Shown here in pieces: positions 26,306 through 40,679 of a stretch of DNA of 64,000 nucleotides. The DNA comes from Nemertoderma westbladi (taxonomy: Eukaryota; Animalia; Xenacoelomorpha), in the NCBI GenBank assembly GCA_032718475.1, contig JAUCBJ010009161.1, positions 1-64,000 of the forward strand. The letters are read 5' to 3'. Positions within the stretch are counted from its first letter, which is position 1, and the number at the start of each line of letters is the position of its first letter. The position numbers and the translations under genes were made by a program. The notes under the pieces are model-generated. The model was not told the DNA's origin, did not search any database, and was given only the letters and a program-made list of their open reading frames with translations.

Positions 26306-27465
26306 TGTTCGCGCTTTTAGACCTTTAGCAGTTTAACCTGCCAATTTTAGTTGTTTTTTTTGTTTATAAATCGACTTTAGCCTAGACCAATTATTTAATG
26401 TACTGAAGTTACATCTGCCGAAGCCAGTCTGTGCGCGATCATTCACCCACAGTTAAGGGAGACTGGATTCGGGTGCTTTGAAGTTATTGCGGTGCAGACC
26501 TACTATATTATTCGATTGATCGTTACTATATAATCTCTGACAAATATATTTACTTTCGGGGAAATATTAACAGTTCCTTTAGGACGTGGCGCTTTAAGTA
26601 TAAAAACAGAGTTATGACTTATACTAATCACAACTAGATGGCTAATGAGTTTTGTAAATAGCGCATTCTTTAGGAGATGCTTTATTATCTGTCACACTAC
26701 TTCACACGACTTCACACTACTTCACACTATTGCACACTGATCTGCCGACCGTCACTGAATTTGATCATATATAAGGAAGATCGCAACTGACACTTGTAGG
26801 GATTATGAAATAGCATTTAATTCACACAAAAACCACAATAATGTAAGTCGCAGTTGCTACCGGTAACCTGTTACTCTAACCTTCAGTAATCAAGAAGATT
26901 GGGGGTTTTATGATTATTCATCAGGATTCTCCAAATATATCAGCAATATACATCAACAAATAACAACAATTAATAACAGAAGTAAAATAATGCGGTGAAC
27001 AATCAGCATGTGTTACGTAAGTCAGTATGTATCAATGTGTTATGAGTTATGGTATGACCAGGTGAGTGATCGAATGTTGAGTCAGTAGGTTCATCAGATA
27101 ATAGATTTACGTTCTTGTAATCAAAGCCATCAGATGTTTAGGCCAAAGTCTGAAACTTCCACAACAGAAGTACAGAAGAATTCTAAGCCGGTTTTCTGGC
27201 TCAGAAAGGTAAACAAAGACCGTAATGCATTGCGCGGTTTTCCGTAGGCCCTTGTTCAACATAAAGTAAAAATCGCTCTGATTGGCTGAGCAGAACAAAG
27301 AGGTTCCACGTTTACAGGAAACCAGCTGACAGATTTCGTCATCTGAGCTCCAGTCCTTTAGAGATTATGCGCATTGCGGCAAAAATGACTTGTTATGTCC
27401 GCTAAAGCACCTACACTGTGCATTGCGGGGAAAAATGACTTGTTATGTCCGCAAAAGCTTTTACA
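26306..27465 (-). repeat. 3' LTR of Bel/Pao element B (1160 bp)
   Basis: Minus strand TGTAAAAGC...GCGAACA, preceded by the same ttctgggagcgg tract as C's 3' LTR. Blocks of homology to the 48272 and 62302 LTRs. Confidence 0.88.
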
Positions 27466-27543
27466 CCGCTCCCAGAAAATGGGATTTGAGTCTATAAAAT
27501 ATAAAAAATCACAGTTTCTAAAATATAAAAATACTCTAAACAA

Positions 27544-29584
27544 TTAGTCCTTCTTACGTGAATGGCATTTACGAAGTTTTTTGAGGCTAGCAAGAGTCAT
27601 TTTCTCTTTGGGGCGAGCCACTTTACTAGGAGGGCTATAACTCCTGGGTGAGGGGTGCAATACAATTGCATCGGAAGGTTTAGGGTTATGGTCGGTGTAT
27701 CCGCCGGTCGAGGTACCCGGTTGATCGATATCAACCTCAGTGGAACAAGGTCGAACAACCTTTAGAGCGCGTTTCAAGACAGCAGCTCTTACTGGTCCCT
27801 GACGGGTCGTTTGCACGAGAGTGGTAGGTTGACCGTGAGTAGTGAGAAATTTCCTCGGTTTGATGGTTATTTCCAACTCGCGTTCTCTGGCTTTATATTC
27901 ATATGGTTGTCTATGAACTTCTTGTAACTCTGGATGCGAGTTTATGAACAAGTCACCGCGTGATTTATCAATGTTAGAAACTTTAAACTGTATGTAAGAT
28001 CTTCCGGTTTCACCATATAATATTGAGTTAAATTGACATAATAAGGGTGGTCTTTGATCCCATAAAATGAGTTCGGTAAAGGTCTAGCGCGTAGGTTGAC
28101 CTCGTGTACCATATGACGGACAAGATCCGCTCTATTGTCCGGAGGTTTAACGAGTATACCGTCGACACGAGTGGCCTCGATTGGCGGACGTTGTAACATA
28201 GGAGCGTCAGCGATAAGATCTCTAGATCTTAGGTTGATATCAACCGGATGGGGCTGTACCATGGCGAAGAGTTTGTCTCCGAAATGGGGAACCATGTAAG
28301 GATGAAAAATGGTTTTGGAATAGAGATCGGTCATAAGGATTTCAGCTTCTGGCTGGGCTAAAGCTGCTTCTTCTCTCTCGTCCATTTCGATATGCTTCTC
28401 CTCAAGCTGATTTTCCTCCGCTGGTCGTGGGAAGCGTTCGTCCAAAAACTCTTGCAGAGAGTAGATTCGTCCAAGTTCGATGTCTTCCTCGAGATTCTGG
28501 ATTTCCCGATCAAACTGGGGTAAAGCTAATTCTTTTACCGCTTGGACTTGCCGCTGCAATTTACATTTATCTAAACAATCGTAAGTTCCTTTTCCAATCT
28601 TTTGTCGAATAGCGTCTACCGCGTTTCGTACAACGCTCTCCTCCACCTCGGTGACAGGTTGTATCGGGGTTAGACAGGGACGATTATACGGGTTGAACGG
28701 CGATATGAGGTGTCCGCGTCCCAATCCGGCTAGGTAAGATGGGCGAATATCTAGGGAGCCCACAACCGGAGTGCCACCGACTAATTGTTCGGGTAACACT
28801 AGATCTTTGAACAGTGAGTACAGTTCGGGAGGATCCGTGATACTATTAGGATCAAGAGTCTGAGGTCTCACCAGGGAATGAGGAGGTCTGACCGAGTATT
28901 CCGGAACTCTGATCATCGGTTTATTTAAGGATCGTTTGAGTCGAGCGAGCGTAGGTGATACGTCGAACAAGTTTCGCTCGAAACACCCGTAAGAATAGCG
29001 AGTAAAACTGTGTTTAGCGCAACGTCTCCGCGTATGTTTATGTCTTTCTGTTTGTTGGTTGGGTCTAGGGCATTCATCGTAATAATACCATAGACGCATG
29101 TCTTGTAGAGGAAACGCGGGTGATCTTTCTCCAGTTTTACAATGTTTCTCTCAAGAATTCCAAATATACGTTGAAGTCACTGCGTTTATCCGGTTCTTCA
29201 ACATCTTCTCTTTCGAGTCGATTTCGAATAGAATTTTTCGTGTTCGATTCTCAGTTTATCGTTCCGACTCTGCTGGGTATGATATTTAAATAGGATCATT
29301 TCCCTTTCGGTGTCTACATCGTCCGTATCATGTAAATCGATAGGATGACCAGTAGTTAAGAAGTCCATATACGTACCATTACGATGCGTATAGCGAGCGG
29401 TGAATTTTCTATAGTCCAATTCACGCTTGAGTTGTTCCTTTGACATTGGCGGTTCGATATAACGGCCATCGTCCTCCGTAGTGGGTTGACTAGCGTCGCC
29501 GTGTATTAAACTATCAACAAACGCTTGCAAGGGTAGGGTATATCGCTCCCTGATACCAAGATTATCCTCTATCAACTCAGTCAT
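27544..29584 (-). pseudogene. ORF3 of element B (internally deleted homolog of 57970-62223)
   Basis: ORFs 29198-29584, 27942-29099 and 27544-27951 align with aa ~1-145, ~203-597 and ~1280-1417 of the 1417-aa ORF. The exonuclease and zinc-finger part is missing. Confidence 0.92.
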
Positions 29585-31305
29585 AGCTGCTATATGAGTT
29601 TATCGATATTATAATTAATCATAATTTAGGCTAGCGGTCGTCGCTGCCTCCCCCTCAATGCCCCCGGACAGCGCAAGCTCCTCAGCGCTAATGTACTGTC
29701 GCCGCTGTGTCTCTCGCCAACGTAGTAGCTATACAACGACAACAATAACCAGCACGAGTCATTCCACTGTCCGTCCCAAGGGCTCAGAATTACTTCAGGT
29801 TCTTGCTACAGAGGCAGGGTAACTTTCACAACTGCGACTCGCTACTGTAAACACACTTTAGTAGTAACATTCACCTATAAATGCACAAATTCCACACAAC
29901 TGTCACAAATTGTACACATTCGGGCCATTTGTCCGTTAGTCAAGTGCCTTCCAGAATGCCTCGTTATTATTATGTATCCCTGGATACTAGCAGTGTGCTA
30001 TTTATTCCGTATGCTATTCAATGGGGCAAGCTTTCTATTGTTCTTTTAACTCGCTTCTAATTCTAGGTGGTTGTTGCTATGGTGACATTATGGAAAGCTA
30101 GCAGTAGAATTAGGGTAATTCTCATGCATACAGATCTGGGATGCTATTTAATAGTAATTCTTTAATTGTCAATATTCCCCTTTATACATGATTTTATGAA
30201 TTTTATCGGCTATTGACTATATATTGGAGATTCTCTCACACTAATATACTTAATAGGGTGAATCTCCGCTCCCATGATCTATTAATTAATGGAATTTTGG
30301 GAATGTTATAAATTGTATAAAATAACAATTTATCAAATTCATGAGAGGATATGAATTTAAATTTATTCCCATAAATTTTATTATTTAATATTAAAATAGA
30401 CACAATTTTATTCCAGAACATGTCTGGGGACTAGGATCCTTAATTCTAGGAAATTTGTCCTTTTAAGAGTGTCGGTACGTGCTACGATATCTTAATCGAC
30501 TAGAATTTTAAAGGATCTGAATTTGGATTTATAGATTTTCTTGGTTTACAAACTCCTTAGAGTTTATTTGTCTGCATTTACTCTATTATAACATTTGTTT
30601 TAATAGATTTTTGTAAATATTAAATAGTTAATATTTAAGATGGGCACCGATTTATTCCAGAACTTGTCTGGGGACGTTAACCACTGATTCTAGAATTTTG
30701 TCTTTCAAGTATATCGGTGGGTGCCGCGATATCTTAATCGACTAGAATTACAGATGGTCAAAGGGTTTAACAGATTTATTTTGCGTTTTACGCTACTGTT
30801 AAAGGGACATCACGCTACTATATGTATTATTTAATATACGGTACGAGAGCAATATTGCAAGAAGCAATGTCAGTGAGAAGAGGCAAGTCGTTTCCAAGGT
30901 CTACCTAGAGCTTGGTTTAGCCGAGACACGAGGATCTGAACTTTGCATTCCTAATACTCTACTTACCAATAATACTTGAGTATAGTAGGAGCTTTATTGT
31001 ACTTTAATAAGTACGGACATTTCATCTTACTGTAGTCACGTATTTATAATATGATACGGACAGTAAGGAAAGAGAAAAAGAATTATTTTCTCGCCGTTGC
31101 ACTAAATATATAATGTTAAGTAATTAAGTAATAAACACGAATATATATATTGCACTAATCTACTAAATAATCGCTAAAATAACATTCTACTAAATAAAAT
31201 TAAAGAAAACGATTATAATAAAATTACATAATAATACATACATAAATATAAAAATAATAAAAACCAATATAAAATAATATAGTCACACACCCACTCCAGA
31301 CGCGG

Positions 31306-34300
31306 TTACGTTGGGGAGTCCCTAGATGTTTGTTGGTTTAGGGAGGTGGTCGTGGGAAGAGTATCTTGCCTTCCATAGTTTCCGGATAGCTCTCTGTCTC
31401 TTTCCAGTAAACATAAACGACCAATTGGGCGATTGAGTTGCTGTGTTTCGAATACAATTCCAGGTTTCTTAAAGTTACGTCGCATGACGACGAGTTCTAC
31501 CGATCGCACTAAACCATCATCGGATATATGAGTCTCGATGATACGACCTGTCTGCCACCGCTTACGTGGAAGATCTGATTCCACAATAAGGACCATGTCT
31601 CCGGCACTGACGTTTTCTTGCTGAGCAAACCACTTGATTCGAAGTTGTAGCGTAGGCAGATAATGTTTTTCGAAATGGTCAGTGAAACGACTGGATAATA
31701 ACTGCATGAGTTGCCAAGTTTGTTGGCAGTATTCGTCTCCATCTGTGATTTCCGATTGTGGGAGCATGGCTACAGGTTTCTTCAGTAAGAAATGCGCGGG
31801 TGTTAGCGCTTCTAGGGAGTCGGGACTCGATGAGACTAGCATAAGCGGTCTCTCGTTAAGATAGGCGGCGATTTCTTCCATTAACGTCCGCAAAAGTTCG
31901 TCGGTGAGATACACGCGGCAAGGCACTATAAAGTGAAATGCGGTCTTCACGCTCCTTATTAATCTCTCCCAACTTCCTCCCCACCAAGGGGCGTCGGCGG
32001 CGTTGAAGGTCCAGCTAGATGCTGTTACCCTTAGCTGATCGTCCACCTGTCTTTGGTTCCAATCTTTAACGTAAGCTTTGATCTCATTATTGGCGCCAAT
32101 GAAGTTCGTTCCCTTATCAGATCTCATCGTGTTGCTAGTTCCAAATCGGGCGATCTGCCGGCGTAAACTCAGTATGAAGCTGTTGGTAGATAGATCGTTC
32201 ACCATATCTAGATGGATCACTCTACAAGTCATACAGACAAAGATGACACACCATCGCTTGACTATAGTCCTAGCACGATATACTTCAATAGGGCCAAATA
32301 AATCCACACCGGTATTAGTAAAGGGTGGTTCATAGAAGCTTACTCGTTCCCTAGGTAATTCTGCCTCTCGCTGTGTTAAAGGCCTACAGGGTATACAGTT
32401 CCTAAGAACTTGGTTCAGAGCTCTACAGGGTTTATGGAAATAATAGTGAGTTCGAATTTCGCTCAGAACTCGTTCTCTACCAGCATGGTAAAGCCTACTG
32501 TGAACATCTACAATCATCTTGATTTGTATTTCAAGATTTCTAATGAGTATGGGAAATTTAGTGTCAAAGGACAATGGAGCATTAGTTAGTCTCCCTCCAA
32601 CACGTATTAACCCATCTATCATTGTGCTAGAGAAACGATCCCTTAAGCGCATCTGTGGATTTCTCAACAACAGGAAATACTTATCGGAATCTTCATAGCA
32701 TTGCAGGAGTCTCAGTATCTGTTTATTGGTTTCTTCATGCTCCTGGTAACTGATCTTCTCCGTCAGAAACCTATCCGACACTTTGTATTTGGGAAGATCT
32801 TTAATAGCATGGACCTACTCGGATGTCGGTGGAGCGGTATCACTAGCGATCTTCGTCCTGGAGTAGTGATGATGGAAGCATCGCTTCAAATACATGACGG
32901 CCTTACAAAGCCGGTTCCAGGAGCTATAGTGATTTATCGCTCTCTGCAGGAGAGGTGAGAGTCCCTGCGAGACGTCTGGTGTTCCAGATTTCCAGTCTCT
33001 ATCTCTGATTTCTACAACAGATTTGTTTGTGGTGGAGGAGTTTAGATCCACAGCGTCGTCCCCGGAGATATGTAAGACAGACAGATCTATCACAGGTTTA
33101 AATAACTTTAATTTACTTGTCCAGGTTTTGGGTTTGACTTTCCCCGCTCCCTTGGCTTGTCTAATCTCAGCCATAGTGAGATGAGGAGGCCATTCATCCT
33201 CTTCTTTACTTAGGAAGTCGGGTCCACCTAACCAGTCTGGAGTATCTATCAGTTCTTGAGGAGTTGCTCCTCTGGAGGCGATGTCGGCTGGATTAATCAT
33301 CCCAGGGCAATGTCTCCATTGATCTACATTATTGCGACTAAGTATAATGGCTACTCTGTTGGTAACAAAGACGCTGAACTGACAGACTTCATTGGTTATA
33401 TACTCCAAAACGAGTAAAGCATCAGTCCAATAGACAGTTTTCTCCAGTGGATAGTCGATCTGTTCTGTTACATTCCGGCCAATGGCTGTAGCATATAGAG
33501 CCGCCTTTAACTCCGCTCGAGGAACTCGTAGTTTGTTGTTTATCAAGGCCTTAGAGGTGACCAAGGCAACTTTAATTCCGTCCGGAGTTTCAACCCTCAG
33601 GTAAGCTACTATACCTATTCCCATATCGCTGGCGTCTCCAAACACATGGAGTTGATAGGAATACGTGGGGAGAACGTCACCAAAATATGAACGGGAAATC
33701 GTAAAGTTCTCGATGGATGGTAGAGAATCTTCCCATTTCATCCACTTCTTTAGTAGTTCGCCCTTAAGTGGATCATCCCACGAGTGGTTTTCAAGCCACA
33801 TTTGTTGCACTAAGCTCCGAGCAACCAATATAACTGGGGTAATAAATCCCAATGGATCGAAATAAGTGCTTAGGATACTTAGACAAATCCGTTTGGTTCG
33901 AACTGGATTATCTTGCTGTTTTAGCTGGAAAAACAATATATCTCTCTCTGTGTCCCATTTTAAACCAAGCGTCTTGGTTTCCGGAAGATCGTCCTTGATA
34001 AGGTCCAGATCTTTAACACCTCAGTCTTCTACCGGGATCGATTCCAGAAACTCACGGGAGTTACTAGTGAATTTGGTTAGTCGAAATCCACTGCGTTTCA
34101 AGCACTCTACCGTTCCTTTGGCAACATCAATGGCTTCTTCCGCCGATGGGAGGGACTTTAAATTGTCGTCCATGTATATATCCCGTTTGATGTTGTCGAT
34201 AACTGCTTTAGAGAAGGCGTCTCGGTTGTCATCAGCAGTGGTACGCACTACTGAACAAGCGTTCGAGGGGCTCGAGATGATCCCGAAAGCCTGGATGGTC

Positions 34301-35827
34301 ACCCAGTACTCCACCGGTTTTTGGTTGAGGTCTCCTTCAGGCCACCACAGAAATCGTAGGCTGTCTCGATCCCTATACAGGACCTATCCTTGACTTGTAA
34401 GAACATGCCTTCTATATCCGAAGCGAAAGCGATAGAATATTGCCGTAATCTTAATAGTATTCCCAACAAGGATTGGAGTAAGTTGGGTCCCAGCAACAAT
34501 TCGGAGTTCAGGGATTGGCCCATGTAAAGGGCGGAGCCGTCGAACACTATCCGGACTTCGTTGGGTTTACCGGGTTTGGGAACGTAATGATGTGTTAGAT
34601 AATACGTTCTCTCTGTGATGGGTGTTTCTTCCAGTACTCGCTCCGCGTATCCCTTATCGATAAATTTCTTCAGCTGGGTCTTATACATCTCTTTAGCTGA
34701 AGCATTGGCCGTAAGACGCCGATGTAGTTGCGCGATTCTCTTCTCCGCTAAGGGTCGGTTATTTATAAAGTTGGGTTCTCGCCGTCGGAATGGAAGACCA
34801 ATCTCATAGCGACCGTGATCTTTAAGAAAACGGGTAGTCATTTCCTGAATCTGTTTGGCTCTCTCCTCCTCGACAGACAAGGCCTTGTCGTAGGAGGAAT
34901 TGGGCTCTACGGCTTCTTGAGTAAAGAATCGTACAGCGTGTTCATCGCAAATCTTATTGCTATATCGATCTATCACCTCGTTTAATTTATCGTTGTAGTC
35001 GAATTGTCCGCCATGGTTGATGAGATGGCACAGGTTTACTTGGTTTCGCCAAGTTTCATTTTCGGCGAGGAGGTCGATTGTATTTTCCTCGTCGAATAAT
35101 TGGTTAATATCGTCATTATCTGAGGAGTATGGGGTTCCCTCAGTTGTGGTTTCTCCTTCACTAATACTTCTTCCCATTCACTCACTTGATGTATCTTTTC
35201 TGGAGGAAGTCTTTCTATCAGTGTTCTACGGGAAGGTCCAGTGAAATACCAACCTACTCTCGTTCTTCCCGCATATGTTTATAATGGTTGCGGTCGAGCA
35301 GGCCGTTTTTCTAATGTCTCTAGCACCTCGTGCGCATTTTGGCCGATCAGTATCTGTACCCCTGGGTAGTCGGTGTTGAATCTAGGGATATCATGCTGCT
35401 GGGTAAAATGGTCTTCATCCCAGTTGTAAGGTTCCACTTGGATGGTAGCAAAGTTCTTTATCGCCACCATTTTTACTGACCTTATGCTATATTCTCCTAG
35501 TTCATCCTGGGGAGTGGACAACGCGCCTACATAATAATCTGTAGCTACTGTGGATTTCCAAACCTGCATAATTCCTGAAAGGTTCAACTTAGTTCGGAAC
35601 TTGGGTTGTCCAGCAAAGATGTCTTCGGCTAGCTCTTTGTCGATGAATGTACCTGTGCTACCGGAGTCAAGGAGGGCGTTTACTATAAAACTCTTACCTG
35701 GCCCGTGGACTCTCAGCTGCACTACTGGGAATTCCCGAATTCCGACGTTGGAAGTTGGCGCTTTCCAAGATGGTTGCGGAATAGTCGGTTGCGCTTCGTT
35801 ATCGGTTTCAGTCTCATACGTAAGCGC
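31306..35827 (-). pseudogene. pol: Element B pol (protease LLDSGS, RT YMDD, RNase H FGDAS, integrase HHCC + DDE), disrupted
   Basis: ORFs 35279-35722, 34299-35177, 34021-34314, 32815-33936 and 31306-32781 (GVDLFGP, SDKGTNF, APWWGGSWERLIRSVK) are separated by stops and frameshifts. Confidence 0.93.
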
Positions 35828-38800
35828 TCAATACACTGCGGTGTTTATCATATAACAGGATTCGTTTTCATTGGAGAATTCGTCCGTGTAGAATCCTTCC
35901 ATCTCAGAGCTGTGGTCAGTGTCGTTCACATCACTGAATTGGACATGTAGTTCGGACTCACTTACCTGACTCGTGCGGGTTCTTTCAAATTCTGTGTGCA
36001 GCAAGATATGATGTTTCGCGCCGCACTTAGTGCACCTCGTGTCTGAGTAACAGGTCCGCCGTTGGTGTCCTTGTCTGAGACAATTATAACACAACCGCTT
36101 ATCCCACATGACATCACGTCTATCCTTTAGGGATTTCTTCAAGAATTCATCACATCCACTTAAACGATGGGGCCCGTCGCACAATGCACATTTGGGTTTG
36201 ATGTTACTTACTTTAACCTGTGTTGTGTTGTGCACACTTGTTCTTTCCTCGGGCTTTCTTCCATGAATTCTCTTAGGAGACATAGGAGGAGTTGTTGTTA
36301 CCTGTTCTCTCCTGTCACTGGTTCGAGGTTTAAATTTACTTACGTCTTTACATGTTTTGTTGACATAATAAGATCTTTCGGTGTCTTTCCCGCTGTTCTC
36401 CTCGTGGGAGGTTTGGCTTTCGCCGTCGTCTGTATAACACACTGGTGTTACTTTTCTCCTAGAAACAGGTTTTTCACTCACCGTATTCTCCGGCGTCTTG
36501 TCTCGGGACTGCTTTAGGAGCTGCAATCTTACCTCTCCATTTAAGAATGACATGAGATCAGCCATGGTAGGGTCTCTTTGTTGCTGGTCCATCATATAGA
36601 TAACTCTTTTGTCCCAACGCGTACCTACTCCACCCTTTGGCAAAGTAGATGCCACAGCTCCAACAACCATAGAACTCTGATATTCATGAGACTTACCTAG
36701 CCAATCTAACTGTCTACAGATCTCCTGGATCTCATCGGAAAATTCTATAATCCCGCTGCTAAGAAACTTTCGGGGCATTACTAATTTCGCATACAAATAT
36801 CTAGCTATGTTAGTCCTATTACCATACCTGATGTTTAGTGTATCCCAAACTTATCTTAATCCATCTGGATGTCCAATAAACTTTAACGCCATTAACTTGG
36901 GAGGTCCTTCCAAGCACTCGATGAGGAATCTAAGTTTCTCTCCGTGGGATAGTACGGAACTCTGTATGTTATCTTTATAATATTCATTAAAAGGTAACAA
37001 TTTCATCTCATCTCCATTGAACTTGATGATCTCTCCCACCTTTACCACTTGACGGGCTTCGGTTCTAGCCATTTGACGCGTAAAACTTTCTTGGGCTATT
37101 GTATTATTTAATATCGAGCTATCGGTATATAAATTTCTCGGATTAGGATCAGGTCTATATGGAATATCATTATCAACAGGTTTATAATTACCCTTAATAG
37201 GGTTCACTATAGGAGTTTCTACTTCACTAGCAGTATAGATGCGTGTAGGCTCCACACCTTGCGCATGAAATACTTCAGACTTAACAGGTTGACACATTGT
37301 TACTGGGGGTGGTGGTATACCCAATTGTATATTTACTAATTTATCGCGTTCTAACGCGATACTCTGCTGCACTTCTTGCCACTCTAACCTACTCTCTCTT
37401 ACTGTTCCCTTTAACTGCTGAACAGTCCCTTCCAACTCCCGGACCTGCTGGGAGGAACATATACGCTGTTCCCTCAGCTGCCCGAGCAGGAGACCCATCT
37501 CCCGCCGTCCCTCATCCACCCACTCTACCGCCGAAGCGGGAGCCGCCAACATAGTATCGGGTAGACGAGGGACGACGGGCGACAAATCGTTGATGTCTTG
37601 CTCGGTGTCCAGGACCGGGATTGATTCAGGGGCTATTCTACTGGGCACAGGTAGTTTAGTACTGTGCAAAGGGAATTTAGAGTTAGGTTCTGGAAGTACA
37701 GGGGTCTCTATCACAGAGGGGGTGGCTTCGAGGACAGGCCTAATTATTTCAGGCTCATCTACTATAGTAGGGAGTATTTCTACTCTAATAATTTGGTCTG
37801 TAGGCTCAGGATTACTTAAATCTACACTAGCTAGTTGCCTTCTCACAGATGGAGGCAAATTAGGCAATTTCTGCCGGTGCAGCGCCCTTCTACGTCCGCT
37901 GGAACGAGATTTATTTCCTCTACCTTCAGGATCTGTTGTATCGCCTTCATCAGAGGATGTAAATCCCTGTCTCTTGGGAGTAGATCGACTTAGCAGCTGC
38001 ATCTGAGTAGCTGTTCTCTGTTTATTTAAGTAATCTCGCTTCACTTGAAGATTTTCCAACTCTAGTTGGGCTGTCTCTTCAGATGCCTTCCGTTCTGCTT
38101 CTACCACTGCCTCTGCCGCTTTTCTTTCAGCTTCTACCGCTGCCGCTTTTCTTTCAGCTTCTGCCGCTGCCACTGCTGCTTTTCTTTCAGCTTCTGCCGC
38201 TTTTCTTTCAGCTTCTGCCGCTTTTCTTTCAGCTTCTGCTGCTTTTCTTTCAGCTTCTGCCGCTGCCGCTGCAGCTGCCGCATTTCTTTCAGCTTCTGCC
38301 GCTGCCGCTGCTGCTGCCTTTCTGTCTTCTATCTGTTTTTTCTTTAGTTGTTCTTCCTGTTCCATAGCGATGAGGATGCTTTCATCAAATTTAGCCTGCT
38401 CATCGGCTAATATTTCCGCATCTAACGAGTCCAACACAAATTTGGCTCCCTCACTATTAGGGTGAAGTCCAACTAGCCGTCTCCTTAACTCTTTGTCACC
38501 TATAAATCGTTGATAGTCCGACAGATAGATGTCAATAGCATCCTTCTTCTGAGGTTTCTCGGATATAGCTTCGCTTTCCACCTGAGAAAAGGTAGCGTCT
38601 GTTGACTCTCCGTGGGTCATGCGCTCGGTTAGCTGAGCTTTCCATTGTGTCGTTCCCTGGACTTTAAGACTCACCCGTTGGAACCAAGTCTTTACGGCCA
38701 CTTGCAAGGACGTGTCTTGGCTTCTCTTCGAAGCTTCCTCAAAGGCTGAAAGGATTAGTCTGATCCGTAAAATTCGGTCTCGCACTTGATAAAGCAGCTC

Positions 38801-38897
38801 TCCCTGCTCTTGAGGTCCTTGTCATTGTTGGAATAGGTGTTCTTCTAATCGCTCTAAAGAACTGAAGAATCCCTGGACATATCCTGCTGCCAACCTC
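35828..38897 (-). pseudogene. gag: Element B gag (3' part), with premature stops
   Basis: EAERKAA coiled-coil repeat, Bel gag core, and three zinc knuckles (CALCDGPH..C, CYNCLRQGH..C, CTKCGAKHH). Stop at 36851 where C has Gln. Confidence 0.92.
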
Positions 38898-40114
38898 TGT
38901 AAAAGCTTCTGTGGGATATAACTGGCCCCTTTTGCTTCGCAATCCAGTTTCCCCCCAGGCGCTGGAATACTCTAAAAGGGTTCTCTAACTGTATATATAT
39001 TCCCCTCGCCCGCAAGGTACCGTTACAGGTGTTTTAACGGACATAAAAGTCATTCTTCTATATACATGTTTTGGCGGACATGGTAAGGCAAAAAACCTGC
39101 AATGCACCAAATACCTTACACAGCTTAGCCTTGATGATTCATATTACGACATCTAACAGCTGGTTGCTGACATGGGAACAGCCATTGGACGCATGGTTCT
39201 TTGTTTGGCTTGAGCCAATCAGAGCGATTTTTTCTGTCGACGTGTAGATATTTGGTCGATCATACTAGGAGTGTTCTGTCTTACTGTTTTTTCTTGATAC
39301 TTTGTTGTTGCTATCTAGGCCAGGAACACCGGCTCTAGAGTCAATTCATTTTCATACTTTAGAAGAAACATTAGTAGGCTTAAGATTATAGAGCGTATAA
39401 CTGTTATCTTGTCACATCTTGTCATATCATATCTTAACCTACCATCTTAATGTTGTTTACTGTTGTGTTTTGGTTGAATATTATTTGGAGAACATATATA
39501 AAGAACCCAAATTTCCCAATTTTCTTGATACACTACAGGTTAGAGAGACGGGATATATATAGCGATTGCGACTTATATTATTGTGGTTTGTAGTGAATTT
39601 AATGCTATTTGATAAGCCCTACATGAGTCAATTGCTGCTCTCTTTATATATGATAAAATTCATTGACGGTCGGCAAATTAGTGAGAAGTATTGTGTGTTA
39701 CCGGTAGTGTGCCTGATTGTGACTGATAACTAAGCATTTCCTAAAGAATGCGCCTCATACGTGAATCATAAGCCTTACCGACTTACCGTTGTGATTAGTA
39801 TAAGTCATATCTCTGTTTACCTAGATAGAGCGCCACGTCCTAAAGGAACTGTTAATATTTACCGAAAGTAAATAATATTAGTCAGAAATTAATTATTAAC
39901 GATCAATCGAATAATACAATACAGTAAGCTTACACTACAATAATAATCTAAGCCCTCAGAATCCAGTCTCCCGGGTATATCCAGCGGGTGAATGGACGCG
40001 CACTAGGCTGGCTTCTGCTAATGTTGTGTTTATTGGTATTAAATATTTGTCATCTTCTAAAGTCTATTTATAAACCAAAAGACATATAAATTTTGGCAGG
40101 TTAAACTGCTAAAG
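38898..40114 (+). repeat. Duplicated copy of element C 5' LTR (lacks the last 19 bp)
   Basis: Preceded by acctc and near-identical to 48272-49488; part of the tandem duplication. Confidence 0.93.
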
Positions 40115-40371
40115 TATAGTAGGAGCTTTATTGTACTTTAATAAGTACGGACATTTCATCTTACTGTAGTCACGTATTTATAATATGATACGGACAGTAA
40201 GGAAAGAGAAAAAGAATTATTTTCTCGCCGTTGCACTAAATATATAATGTTAAGTAATTAAGTAATAAACACGAATATATATATTGCACTAATCTACTAA
40301 ATAATCGCTAAAATAACATTCTACTAAATAAAATTAAAGAAAACGATTATAATAAAATTACATAATAATAC

Positions 40372-40595
40372 CTGAATATATATTATGAATATCCATAGTA
40401 AATTTACATTGTAAACTGCACAAGTTGTTTATTAAATAGCCTAAATAATTAATCTATATTATTTAACCTATCTAAAGTCACAAACTAAGTGACTACGAGA
40501 TCGGTTAATACCGATCGGGTAGATCGGAGCCCCGCAACCCCGCACCGTCCCCAAAGCCCAGTGCCCGCCATGGGCGCCGCCCACCACGCAGGGGC
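40372..40595 (-). mobile_element. 224-bp insertion with 16-bp TSD (5'-truncated LINE/SINE-like)
   Basis: Flanked by aattacataataatac at 40356-40371 and 40596-40611; absent from unit 1 (~31235). The minus strand has a GC-rich 5' part, AATAAA and an AT-rich tail. Confidence 0.8.
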
Positions 40596-40679
40596 AATTA
40601 CATAATAATACATACATAAATATAAAAATAATAAAAACCAATATAAAATAATATAGTCACACACCCACTCCAGACGCGG

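Larger units (their letters stand above)
30981..40114. repeat. Tandem duplication unit 1 (unit 2 = 40115-49488)
   Basis: All ORFs repeat at +9374. The junction ctgctaaag|tatagtagg joins the LTR end to the spacer with AG microhomology. Confidence 0.95.

Noticed and set aside
38066-38367. Cys/Phe-rich and Leu/Pro-rich plus-strand ORFs (also 47440-47741 and, on the minus strand, 52831-53109)
   Set aside because: Antisense readings of the EAERKAA coiled-coil repeat in gag.
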